Positions 45,700 to 53,830 of a stretch of 53,830 bases of DNA are shown piece after piece. Source of the DNA: an uncultured virus (IMG/VR IMGVR_UViG_3300044858_003318) (Duplodnaviria > Heunggongvirae > Uroviricota > Caudoviricetes); the IMG/VR virus record IMGVR_UViG_3300044858_003318. One strand, written 5' to 3'. The translations under genes were made by a program, and so were the position numbers. A model generated the notes under the pieces. That model saw nothing but the letters and a program-made list of their open reading frames with translations, had not been told where the DNA came from and ran no database searches. Position 1 is the stretch's first letter, and every line of letters begins with the position of its first letter.

Positions 45700-47532
45700 T
45701 TATAAAATGTTATTTTCATCTAGTATAGTTCCAGAATCTTCATCTTGTTTATTATTAGAATTTAATGTCTCAGTTATAATAGATACACTATTTCCTTTTA
45801 CAGACTGTAATTTTTTTACAAAACTTTCAACGGCAATTGTAGAACTATTCCGGAAATTTGGATCTGGCTGAAATGCTGTTTTTTGATTTTCAGGATCAAA
45901 CGCTTGATCGATTTCTTTTTTACCAGTAACATCCCAACCAAACGCGTTTTTATGCTGACCTGATTTAATTCCTTCTTTTGGACGACCGCCTTTGTCTTTT
46001 TCTTCAACTTCATTAGATGACATATGAACCGTTGCTAGATCGTGTGGAGTTCCAAATGATACACCTGTTATTGCCGGATCATTACCTTCTTGTTCAATCT
46101 GATTTTGTCGGAATCTTAATTTAAGATCTTCAATAACATTGGTTCTTTCTTGTAACCATTGTTCTTCGGACATATTAAATATAAATTCGTAAATGTATTG
46201 ATCTGATACTAATTTTGAATCTTTCATTGCGTTTGCTAATGTTATCTTTTCATTCATTAACGCAACTTTTTGTTGATCATAAATAATAGATGGAGCTGTT
46301 AATTGTAATTCAAAACCGACTAAATCCTCTCCTTCAAATCCTTGAGCGTACAAATGCACAATTGCAATTTTAGTTAATTCAGAAATTACAATTTTTTGTA
46401 TTCGTTCAATAGTTCTAGCAAAACGAATATCCATTGATGCTAATGTAGATTTTCCTTCAACTGCTTCTGCATATCCTAAGAATGGTTTAGGTATTTTTAA
46501 AGCAGCCATCATTTTGTCTTTGATGTATTCAATATCATCCATTCCAGTAAATGTCATACCTGGTAATGTATCTATTTGCGTAGATGACTGTCCTCCTCGA
46601 ACTGGTAAGTAATAATCTTCCAACATGTTATTAAGATTAAAACGTAAATTGTAATTACCTGTTTGTGGATCGATATGTGGAATTTTTTTCATTTTATTGA
46701 TAATTTGTTCCATGAAAGAATCAACTTCATTTGGTGGAATATTACCAATATCTATTTTGAAAATACGTTTTTCAGGTGCTCGCATAATACGATGTATTAG
46801 CATAGCATCTTCCATCATCATTAATTTCTGAAACTCTTTACGAGCTCCTTCGAGCATAGATCTACCATATGGTAAAAAATTTGAATCGGATAACATACGA
46901 AAATGTGCAATTTCAAACACATCATATTTCATTTGTTCCGATGCAATATTTTTAAATTTAATTTCATACTCACCAGTAGCTTCATTATATTCTTCCCAAC
47001 GTTCCATTTCATAACTAGAAAATGGACGAGCATTGATAATTCCATACTCTTCAGCAATATCTAATTTTAAAAAGAAATCACCATATTTAGTTAAATTACG
47101 TATCCATGCCCATAAATTAAATTCAATGTTCAATACATCATAAAATAAATTATATAATATTTTTTGAATGTTCGATTTATTAGATTTAATTGTTAAAATT
47201 TCACCAAACTGATCGGCTAATGTAGATTCGTCAGAATAAATATCTAATGCTGAATGTATAATTGGATCTTTATCCATCATTTCATAATCAGCATAAAGTT
47301 GCATACGATTCTGATGCATATAATAGTTAGAATCATATCCACCCATTCCACCTACACGATGTTTATTAGCACCATGCAGTCTAGTATATCTGTCGGCTAT
47401 TTTACTTTGACCTAAATTACCAGAGCTCTGTAATCTATTGGTATCTACAATTCGTAATTGGTCTTTACCATATGCACGGACAATTACATTAGTAGTAAAT
47501 AGATTTTGTAAACGTTTTCTTAATGACGCCAT
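45700..47532 (-). CDS. Portal protein (T4 gp20-like)
   Basis: PYGRSMLE, MEDAMLIHRIMRAPEKRIFKIDIGN, EDYYLP, IDTLPG. Confidence 0.97.
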   Translation of the reverse strand: MASLRKRLQNLFTTNVIVRAYGKDQLRIVDTNRLQSSGNLGQSKIADRYTRLHGANKHRVGGMGGYDSNYYMHQNRMQLYADYEMMDKDPIIHSALDIYSDESTLADQFGEILTIKSNKSNIQKILYNLFYDVLNIEFNLWAWIRNLTKYGDFFLKLDIAEEYGIINARPFSSYEMERWEEYNEATGEYEIKFKNIASEQMKYDVFEIAHFRMLSDSNFLPYGRSMLEGARKEFQKLMMMEDAMLIHRIMRAPEKRIFKIDIGNIPPNEVDSFMEQIINKMKKIPHIDPQTGNYNLRFNLNNMLEDYYLPVRGGQSSTQIDTLPGMTFTGMDDIEYIKDKMMAALKIPKPFLGYAEAVEGKSTLASMDIRFARTIERIQKIVISELTKIAIVHLYAQGFEGEDLVGFELQLTAPSIIYDQQKVALMNEKITLANAMKDSKLVSDQYIYEFIFNMSEEQWLQERTNVIEDLKLRFRQNQIEQEGNDPAITGVSFGTPHDLATVHMSSNEVEEKDKGGRPKEGIKSGQHKNAFGWDVTGKKEIDQAFDPENQKTAFQPDPNFRNSSTIAVESFVKKLQSVKGNSVSIITETLNSNNKQDEDSGTILDENNIL

Positions 47533-47579
47533 ATTTTCTTTTTAATATAAATATAACTAGTTTTAGATCTACTTGTTTT

Positions 47580-49160
47580 TTATCGAATAAGCCAAGTTAA
47601 ATCTTGATCGCCATCGCCTGGATTCCAATTCCATCCACTATCTTTTTGAGATGTTTTACCGGTATAAATAACTGTATCAGTTTTTTGAAATGATGATAAA
47701 GCTCGTTTATTTAAATCAATTCCTTGTTGACGTAGTTTTAGCGCGGTGTCTCGTAACCAAAGTGTGATAGCAAATGCCATAACTAAATCGTCATTATATC
47801 CTTGTTGTGATTGTGCTTTACCATTTAACCAAATAAACACTAATAGTTCTTGTATAAGCCTTTTACTACGAATAATAGGGGTTTTTTGACGCATATACAT
47901 TTCTAAGGCAGATATCATTAATGGTCGTGTTCTGGATGTTGTAGACACACCTGGTACCATTTGTGTTTTATCTTTCATATCATAACCTTTACGAAGTTGT
48001 ACATCAGCATCAGTATATCCATCGTCTTTGTATGTATAATGTAAATTTTGATATCCTCGATCTAATGCTGGCTGTATTGCTGCCCAACCAATATTTGCAT
48101 TTTCTATTGCTAGCAATGCATTATTCCATTCCGTAGCTACAGTTACAAGCATATTACCAAATTCATTCGGTGGAATTTTACCTTTATATTCGGCAACTTG
48201 ACGTACTGATTCTACATCAAATATTTGAAAAGTAGAAAAGTCAGCTCCATCGCCTCGCGCGACGTCAGCTACTACTATATAATCACGTGCGTAGTCTGGA
48301 TATTCCCAAACCCAATAATTGCCATCAAACCCACGTTTTTCTATTGGATCTGAACAATTTGCATCATATTCTAATAATAATGGACCATCAACAACAGTAT
48401 GTCCCGAACTTACAAAGTCACAATCACATTCTTGTGCAGCTCCCCGTTCACCTAAAAGCTGTGTTTGTTCATTACGCCATTGCTGATCTCGTTCTGGATG
48501 CACTGTCCAATGCAGTTTAATTGTGTGAAAGCCATTAATATCAGCTTCAGCATCTGCCCATGTTTGATGAAACCAGTTACCAACGCCATTGGGTGTAGAT
48601 AATACAATAGCACCACCACCCGTTGATAGAGTTGCTTGTGATGCTATCCATATTTCTTCAATGTTTCTAATAAAAGCAGCCTCATCCACAATTAATAATG
48701 ATAATGCTTCTGATCGAGCTCCGGTGGTTGCTGATGATACTGCTTTAATCTGCGAACCATTTTTAAATTTTAAAGACAATTTATTGTCTGCTTCAACTGT
48801 ACCTTTAAGCCAACTTGGTAAATTGTCATGCATCACTCGCACTTTAGTTACTAAGTTTTTTGCTACTTCTTGCGTAGTGGCAATAACAAGCACATTGAAA
48901 TCTTCTGCAAATAACATGCTCCATAAAGCAAAGCCAGCTGATAATGTTGATATACCTAACTGCCGAGATTTTAAAATAACATTGTATCGATTATCTCGCA
49001 ATTCAGTTAATGAATCTTCCTGAAATGGAAACAGATTAAATTTAATCTTACCCCGTTTTGGATGTTGGATATAACAATAATTACGCATAAAGAATACAGG
49101 ATCTTTAGCACACATCATGTACTGTTGCTGTATTATTTGCTTTATGTTAGGTTGCGACAT
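47580..49160 (-). CDS. Terminase large subunit (T4 gp17-like)
   Basis: KSRQLGIST, LIVDEAAFI, LSTPNG, ADVARG, NDDLVMA. Confidence 0.97.
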   Translation of the reverse strand: MSQPNIKQIIQQQYMMCAKDPVFFMRNYCYIQHPKRGKIKFNLFPFQEDSLTELRDNRYNVILKSRQLGISTLSAGFALWSMLFAEDFNVLVIATTQEVAKNLVTKVRVMHDNLPSWLKGTVEADNKLSLKFKNGSQIKAVSSATTGARSEALSLLIVDEAAFIRNIEEIWIASQATLSTGGGAIVLSTPNGVGNWFHQTWADAEADINGFHTIKLHWTVHPERDQQWRNEQTQLLGERGAAQECDCDFVSSGHTVVDGPLLLEYDANCSDPIEKRGFDGNYWVWEYPDYARDYIVVADVARGDGADFSTFQIFDVESVRQVAEYKGKIPPNEFGNMLVTVATEWNNALLAIENANIGWAAIQPALDRGYQNLHYTYKDDGYTDADVQLRKGYDMKDKTQMVPGVSTTSRTRPLMISALEMYMRQKTPIIRSKRLIQELLVFIWLNGKAQSQQGYNDDLVMAFAITLWLRDTALKLRQQGIDLNKRALSSFQKTDTVIYTGKTSQKDSGWNWNPGDGDQDLTWLIR

Positions 49161-49541
49161 TTATTTTAAATATTGATTGATAATTACGCCAGTAAATAAC
49201 GTAGTTAAAATACCACTACCAAACCAAATTGCTTTATTATCAAACCATTTTGGCTGTAAACGCTTTTCTCGTTCAACATATAAATTTATATTTTTCTGTA
49301 ATAAATCTATTTGTTGTGTTTTATATGATAATTGTATTGAATCTAATTCAATTAATTTACTTTGTTTATCAATTAAAAATTCTTGTTCTATTATGATATT
49401 ATCATTTATATCAATAACTTTGTAAAGTGAATCGAGTGTAAATGAAATATCTAATATTTCTTGTTCCGTAAAACAAGTATCATCAACTTCTTGTGCAAAG
49501 CAAGAAATGGGAAATATTAATAATAATAATAAACGTTTCAT
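49161..49541 (-). CDS. Exported coiled-coil protein with C-terminal hydrophobic segment (candidate spanin component)
   Basis: Signal peptide MKRLLLLLIFPISCFAQ; C-terminal AIWFGSGILTTLFTGVII. Confidence 0.55.
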   Translation of the reverse strand: MKRLLLLLIFPISCFAQEVDDTCFTEQEILDISFTLDSLYKVIDINDNIIIEQEFLIDKQSKLIELDSIQLSYKTQQIDLLQKNINLYVEREKRLQPKWFDNKAIWFGSGILTTLFTGVIINQYLK

Positions 49542-49543
49542 AA

Positions 49544-49888
49544 CTATTTCTTTTTAGGTTTACGACCTCTGCGTGTTTTATTTAAAATATTTTCTTTTGC
49601 AGCTTGTACCGTTTTAGCTTCTTCTACAACAATATTTTCTTTTTCATGTTTTAACTCTTCAATTGTCTGTTCATGTTGTTCAATTTCTGTTTTAACAGAT
49701 TCTCGTTGTTCTTCTATAACATCAACTTTACCTTGCAATTGATTAACTTGTTGCGTGTTGTCATCAATTTGTTTTTTTAGTTTATCCGATTTTTTATCAG
49801 AATTTCGACGCGATGTTACTGCAAATATTCCGATAATTGCAATAATTGCTCCTACTAGTATTGCCCAATATTTTTTAATCATTTTCAT
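49544..49888 (-). CDS. N-terminal TM plus coiled-coil protein (i-spanin-like)
   Basis: WAILVGAIIAIIGIFAV followed by a long heptad region; start 49888 has GGAG upstream. Confidence 0.55.
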   Translation of the reverse strand: MKMIKKYWAILVGAIIAIIGIFAVTSRRNSDKKSDKLKKQIDDNTQQVNQLQGKVDVIEEQRESVKTEIEQHEQTIEELKHEKENIVVEEAKTVQAAKENILNKTRRGRKPKKK

Positions 49889-50522
49889 TTGTTTCTCCAT
49901 TTAATTTTGTTAAAAAGTTTTCTTTAAATTTATCAAATTGTTTTTGTATTGTTTCTTCAAATTCCTCAGAAGTCATACGAGCTGACCATGATTCTTTTTC
50001 GCCGGCCGAATTTGTTACGAATTCAGATGCTTGAGTATATGCTTGTTTTAACATAGCAACATCTCGTTCTGCAGAAGCTAACCAAGCTAAGGCATTTTCA
50101 CGAATTTTTGTCTGTTCATATTCTGTATATTTGCCAGATTTTTTTAATTCATGTTCCATTTCAACCACACAATCAAAACACATTCCATGTATTTTTTGCA
50201 TTTTTTGATCTATGGGATGTTTACCTAAACATGTACATGTTTCTTTACGGCAATTAGGAAATGAACGAACTTCGTCTCGAACTTCTTGCAATACATCACT
50301 GCTTTTTGTTTTTTTAATTCGAAACCCATCTCGTTGTTCGATTACATGGGTAATTCCGGTTGCAGAATCAGTTTCTTCCCAAACGTCTCCTATTAAACGT
50401 TTTCGATTTTTTTCAGCAGTTTCATTTGCATCAGAAAATCCAATGGTCTTTTTTGTTTGAAACTTGTGATTACCTTCCAACATTTGTTGAACGGCTTTAA
50501 TGTTTTGTAACTTTTTTGACAT
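49875..50522 (-). CDS. Hypothetical protein with Cys cluster (possible Zn-binding)
   Basis: PNCRKETCTC...HGMCFDC. Confidence 0.75.
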   Translation of the reverse strand: MSKKLQNIKAVQQMLEGNHKFQTKKTIGFSDANETAEKNRKRLIGDVWEETDSATGITHVIEQRDGFRIKKTKSSDVLQEVRDEVRSFPNCRKETCTCLGKHPIDQKMQKIHGMCFDCVVEMEHELKKSGKYTEYEQTKIRENALAWLASAERDVAMLKQAYTQASEFVTNSAGEKESWSARMTSEEFEETIQKQFDKFKENFLTKLNGETNEND

Positions 50523-50526
50523 ATAA

Positions 50527-51381
50527 CTATTTTTTAGATTCTTTTTCTGAGCCTAATCTTTCTAATTTATTAATTGCGTATGTACGTAATAATTGGAAGA
50601 AGTTTTTAGAATCATCATATTCTAATTCATTGGTTGCTAATTTAATTACATTAGCAATTGCTTTGATTTTTTCTACTGTACCAGGCATCATTTTTAATGA
50701 TTGAACAAAACGATCGGTATCCATTGTTTTTTTAGTTTCTGGATCGACTTCTGGTTCAGGTGTTGTTTCGGCTGTAGCAGGCTCTTCAGTTGGTGTTGCA
50801 GCAGTTGGATCGGCAGCAGGTGTGGGTGTTGCAGTCATATCTGGTGCTGCAGCAGGTGTTGCAGTAGGTGTTGCAGTCGTATCAGTAGCTTCTGGTGCTT
50901 CTGGTTCGGTTGGTGTTGCTTCTGGTTCTTCTGTCGGCTGTTCTTCGTCAGTTGGTGGTGTTGCTTGTTCTGCTAATACTTTGTTAATTTTTCTTCGAAT
51001 ATATTCACGAACAATTTGTTCTTTTTGTTCTCGAGTTAAATTTTCAATTTTATCTTTTAACACATCCGCAGTTTCTTTTTCTTCTTTTTCAGAACGTTTA
51101 TTTAGTCGTTTTGCTGCAGTTTTAGGATCATACTCACCATCTTCAATTTTTGTATAAAGACGATCATCAGCATCATACTTAATATCCAATTTACCAGTAT
51201 CAACAACTTCTTTATCCGTTTTACGTAATACACCTAATTGTTTATCTTTGGTAGATTTTGGATTTAATCCTCCATCTTTATCATCCATTGTATAATCTTT
51301 AAGATCTTTACGAGCTTTTGGTTTTTGTGATTTTTCTAGATCTTTTGGAGCTTTATACTTGCTTTTATGTTTTTGAGCCAT
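50527..51381 (-). CDS. Hypothetical protein with Pro/Thr/Ala/Glu linker
   Basis: Lys-rich N-half, KVLAE site, low-complexity linker, helical C-domain; class B motif upstream. Confidence 0.8.
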   Translation of the reverse strand: MAQKHKSKYKAPKDLEKSQKPKARKDLKDYTMDDKDGGLNPKSTKDKQLGVLRKTDKEVVDTGKLDIKYDADDRLYTKIEDGEYDPKTAAKRLNKRSEKEEKETADVLKDKIENLTREQKEQIVREYIRRKINKVLAEQATPPTDEEQPTEEPEATPTEPEAPEATDTTATPTATPAAAPDMTATPTPAADPTAATPTEEPATAETTPEPEVDPETKKTMDTDRFVQSLKMMPGTVEKIKAIANVIKLATNELEYDDSKNFFQLLRTYAINKLERLGSEKESKK

Positions 51382-51409
51382 TTTAAATTATCCTATTTTT
51401 ATATAAATA

Positions 51410-53830
51410 TCACCGTGCGTATTTTAATACGCCTAATATCTGATTCACTGGTGCAAATGCTCCTGTCATCTTGTATGTGTTACCTTGATATGTAAATACT
51501 ATGCCTTCAGACGGTACAATTGAATCAAATCCTCCTAACTTCTGAATTCTACGAAGTTCTGACTCTAATTTACGTAACGTATCTTCATTTGGAGATCCTT
51601 GTAAATCTTTAATCAATTGTGATAATTCGGATTTAATTGCTTGCACAGTTCGGCTAGGATTTGCTGCTAAGAAATTAGATGCATTTTGCAATACTAATAC
51701 ACCTAAACGTAAAAAGATTGATTCAAACGGTTCTAAGTTTTGTTTACGATATTGTTTAAAATCTTTTTTATCAAATGCATCAACCCATGCAACAAATTCC
51801 GGATTATCAATTTGTTTTTTAAGTACTGATATATTTGTAGATTTATTATCAAATGCCCAGCGCTGGGTTAATGTTACTAAAATATCATCCGGTATTTCGT
51901 ATCCTACTTCATTTGCTTTTGTTTGTATTACATCACGCCACCATGCTTTATGATAATCACTTAACAAATCCGTATCTTTTAATCCATACTTGTCTCGAAG
52001 TTGATCAATTTCATTATAAAATGCTGCTTGTTGATCTTCAAAATCATATACACGCCCTAGTTTAATACGTTGTGGCGGAATAAATGAAAATGTATTTTGC
52101 ATATGAGCATTTGCATCTTGTATGATTTTTTGCATCATTGCACCACCGGTTAAGTCAGTTTCAACAACATTGCCTTTTTCATCATATTCAACTAAGTTAT
52201 GAAACTGAAGATGTGCTTTATCATATGCAATTACATTTTTAGTTGCTGGATAAATAATTTCCATGTTTGCAAATACTCGGCCGTTTTTAAATATACGTTC
52301 TAATTCTCCAGCTGGTAATGAAGATAATGCAGCAGTAATATCTTGTGCCATTTCCCGAAATGCATCTACTACTAGTTTATATCCTTCAGCTGCCTCAGCT
52401 CCATTTTTCTGAATTGCTTCCTGATATTTACGTTCGAAATCTGCAATCAACTGATCAGGTGTCATTGGATTAATAATAGTACCTTTATTTCTAGCAAAAC
52501 CAGGCTGTCCGTTTTTCCAGGTAAACTGAATATTTTGCCCATCTGTTTTTTCTGTTACAGCTTGTTCAATATCTAAACGACCTGATAATGCTCTAGATAC
52601 AATTTCCCGAACGTCATTAAATGTTAATCCATGATCATCCCATGGATGTGCCATATGTCCTGCAGCACCACCTTCAGACAATATACCTCCAGTTTTTAAA
52701 CGAGATTCGATTGTATATATAATATCTTCTGGATTATTTGACTGCCATCGTTTTCTTTGTTTTTTAATTGTCCGCGGAATTAATTCAATCACTTTTTTAC
52801 TAGGATTCCATTGCAGCATGAATGGCATATGAATTGGAATATCAAATTGATAATCAGAACCAACACCGTTTGGTCGATCTAAATGCAATTGTCTAGCAAT
52901 TTTATCTCCATATTCATTTGCTAAATCTTCGAAAAAATCTCGGAGTTCATCTGTATAAATAGGTGCTTCGTTTCTTGGGTCATTTAATCGATCGATAAAA
53001 TGCGTAAACTTGCCTTGAAAATCTACATCAATTCCATAATGTCTAAAAAATCCATCAACTGCTGATTCTATAGATGCCAATTCGGACCGTGTTATATAGT
53101 TTTCTTTAATTATATTTTCTACTAATTTAGCACCATATACTGTTTTATGAAAATCATCAAAATCATATACAAAATCTTTGCCTCGATGTTTATCTAAAAA
53201 TGCACGTAATTTTTTAATTTTATCAGCATGATGTTTTTTTTCACGTGGAAACATCATTGATTCAACAACAGAATCTACATCTTCTTGTAAATTGTTTAAC
53301 CACCAATCTTTAGTAAATAATGATTCTTGCATACCAGTTAATAGTTGCCAAACATTTTTTACTTTAGCTTCATCGTATTGTGGATATGATGCTCGAAATG
53401 TTTCATAATCATTATTAGCTAATGCCGTTCGAACAACAGTTGCTGAAACCGGTTCACCATTACGATATTGCATTGGATCTACATTAACATTTAATTCTAT
53501 TGCATCTATACCGGAGGGAATCGTACGGCCTTTTTTGTCTCCGATAGTTGCGTATTTATCTACATTTGGGATAAAATCTTTTGCACGAACATAATCATCA
53601 CCTTTAGCCGATGCAGCCATTGCATACCGACCAGTCACATCTTCTGGAAGTGCAAATAAGTATTCATATGCGGCCGTTATAGGAGAATTAAATTCTGTTG
53701 GTTGTATTTCAATATTAGGATTATCATTTAAGATATTAAACATTTCAATTGTTTTATCTCGGGTAATTCCATCTCGTTCTTTAGGACCAATTAAAAGTAT
53801 AACACGATCTACATCTGCAGATTGTGCATA
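51410..53830 (-). CDS. Multidomain protein: cytidyltransferase-like N-domain, HFIDR domain and ligase-like KxDG (DUF6267-like) domain; 5' end lies beyond the window
   Basis: Frame is open from 53743 to the window edge (YAQSADVDRVILLIGPKERDG); VSATVVR, HFIDRLNDPRN, GHMAHP, EKTDGQN, EGIVF, KMTGAF. Confidence 0.75.
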   Translation of the reverse strand, partial: YAQSADVDRVILLIGPKERDGITRDKTIEMFNILNDNPNIEIQPTEFNSPITAAYEYLFALPEDVTGRYAMAASAKGDDYVRAKDFIPNVDKYATIGDKKGRTIPSGIDAIELNVNVDPMQYRNGEPVSATVVRTALANNDYETFRASYPQYDEAKVKNVWQLLTGMQESLFTKDWWLNNLQEDVDSVVESMMFPREKKHHADKIKKLRAFLDKHRGKDFVYDFDDFHKTVYGAKLVENIIKENYITRSELASIESAVDGFFRHYGIDVDFQGKFTHFIDRLNDPRNEAPIYTDELRDFFEDLANEYGDKIARQLHLDRPNGVGSDYQFDIPIHMPFMLQWNPSKKVIELIPRTIKKQRKRWQSNNPEDIIYTIESRLKTGGILSEGGAAGHMAHPWDDHGLTFNDVREIVSRALSGRLDIEQAVTEKTDGQNIQFTWKNGQPGFARNKGTIINPMTPDQLIADFERKYQEAIQKNGAEAAEGYKLVVDAFREMAQDITAALSSLPAGELERIFKNGRVFANMEIIYPATKNVIAYDKAHLQFHNLVEYDEKGNVVETDLTGGAMMQKIIQDANAHMQNTFSFIPPQRIKLGRVYDFEDQQAAFYNEIDQLRDKYGLKDTDLLSDYHKAWWRDVIQTKANEVGYEIPDDILVTLTQRWAFDNKSTNISVLKKQIDNPEFVAWVDAFDKKDFKQYRKQNLEPFESIFLRLGVLVLQNASNFLAANPSRTVQAIKSELSQLIKDLQGSPNEDTLRKLESELRRIQKLGGFDSIVPSEGIVFTYQGNTYKMTGAFAPVNQILGVLKYAR

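Larger units (their letters stand above)
6104..51409 (-). promoter_or_regulatory. Dispersed class B (putative late) promoter motif ATATTTAT(A), about 16 copies just upstream of gene starts
   Basis: Copies at 6104, 8055, 13540, 15203, 23126, 24141, 24744, 27329, 27916, 33476, 34952, 38294, 39280, 42102, 45684, 47546, 51402. Confidence 0.7.

Noticed and set aside
50750..50965. Pro/Thr/Ala/Glu low-complexity stretch as a tandem-repeat element
   Set aside because: It is an imperfect coding linker without a fixed DNA period

Overview
A 53.8-kb, AT-rich segment of a large T4-like (myovirus-type) phage genome. Every credible gene lies on the minus strand. In transcription order (right to left) it holds: a truncated multidomain nucleotidyltransferase/ligase-like protein, terminase, portal, prohead protease, phage-encoded ribosomal protein bS21, scaffold, major capsid, PhoH, neck proteins, fibre/propeller proteins, sheath, tube, tail chaperone, tape measure, hub, a minimal family-A polymerase, SSB, RecA, 5'-3' exonuclease, helicase, class II RNR, a folE-queD-queE 7-deazaguanine module, thioredoxin, GroES and a family-B polymerase that runs off the left edge and is missing from the ORF track. 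The bS21 C-terminus (KPSV..R....KAAYIQ) suggests a Bacteroidota/Flavobacteriia host (inference). Most notable observations: (1) late-promoter-driven non-structural proteins, and an apparent enzyme polyprotein, that carry prohead-protease-type L/I-x-E sites; (2) two structured 5' leader RNAs, one a compact three-way junction; (3) SD-led structural genes together with an SD-less bS21; (4) a probable +1/-2 tail-chaperone frameshift; (5) two interleaved promoter classes, one being the reverse complement of the T4 late box. All family assignments come from motif recognition by eye; no database searches were run.
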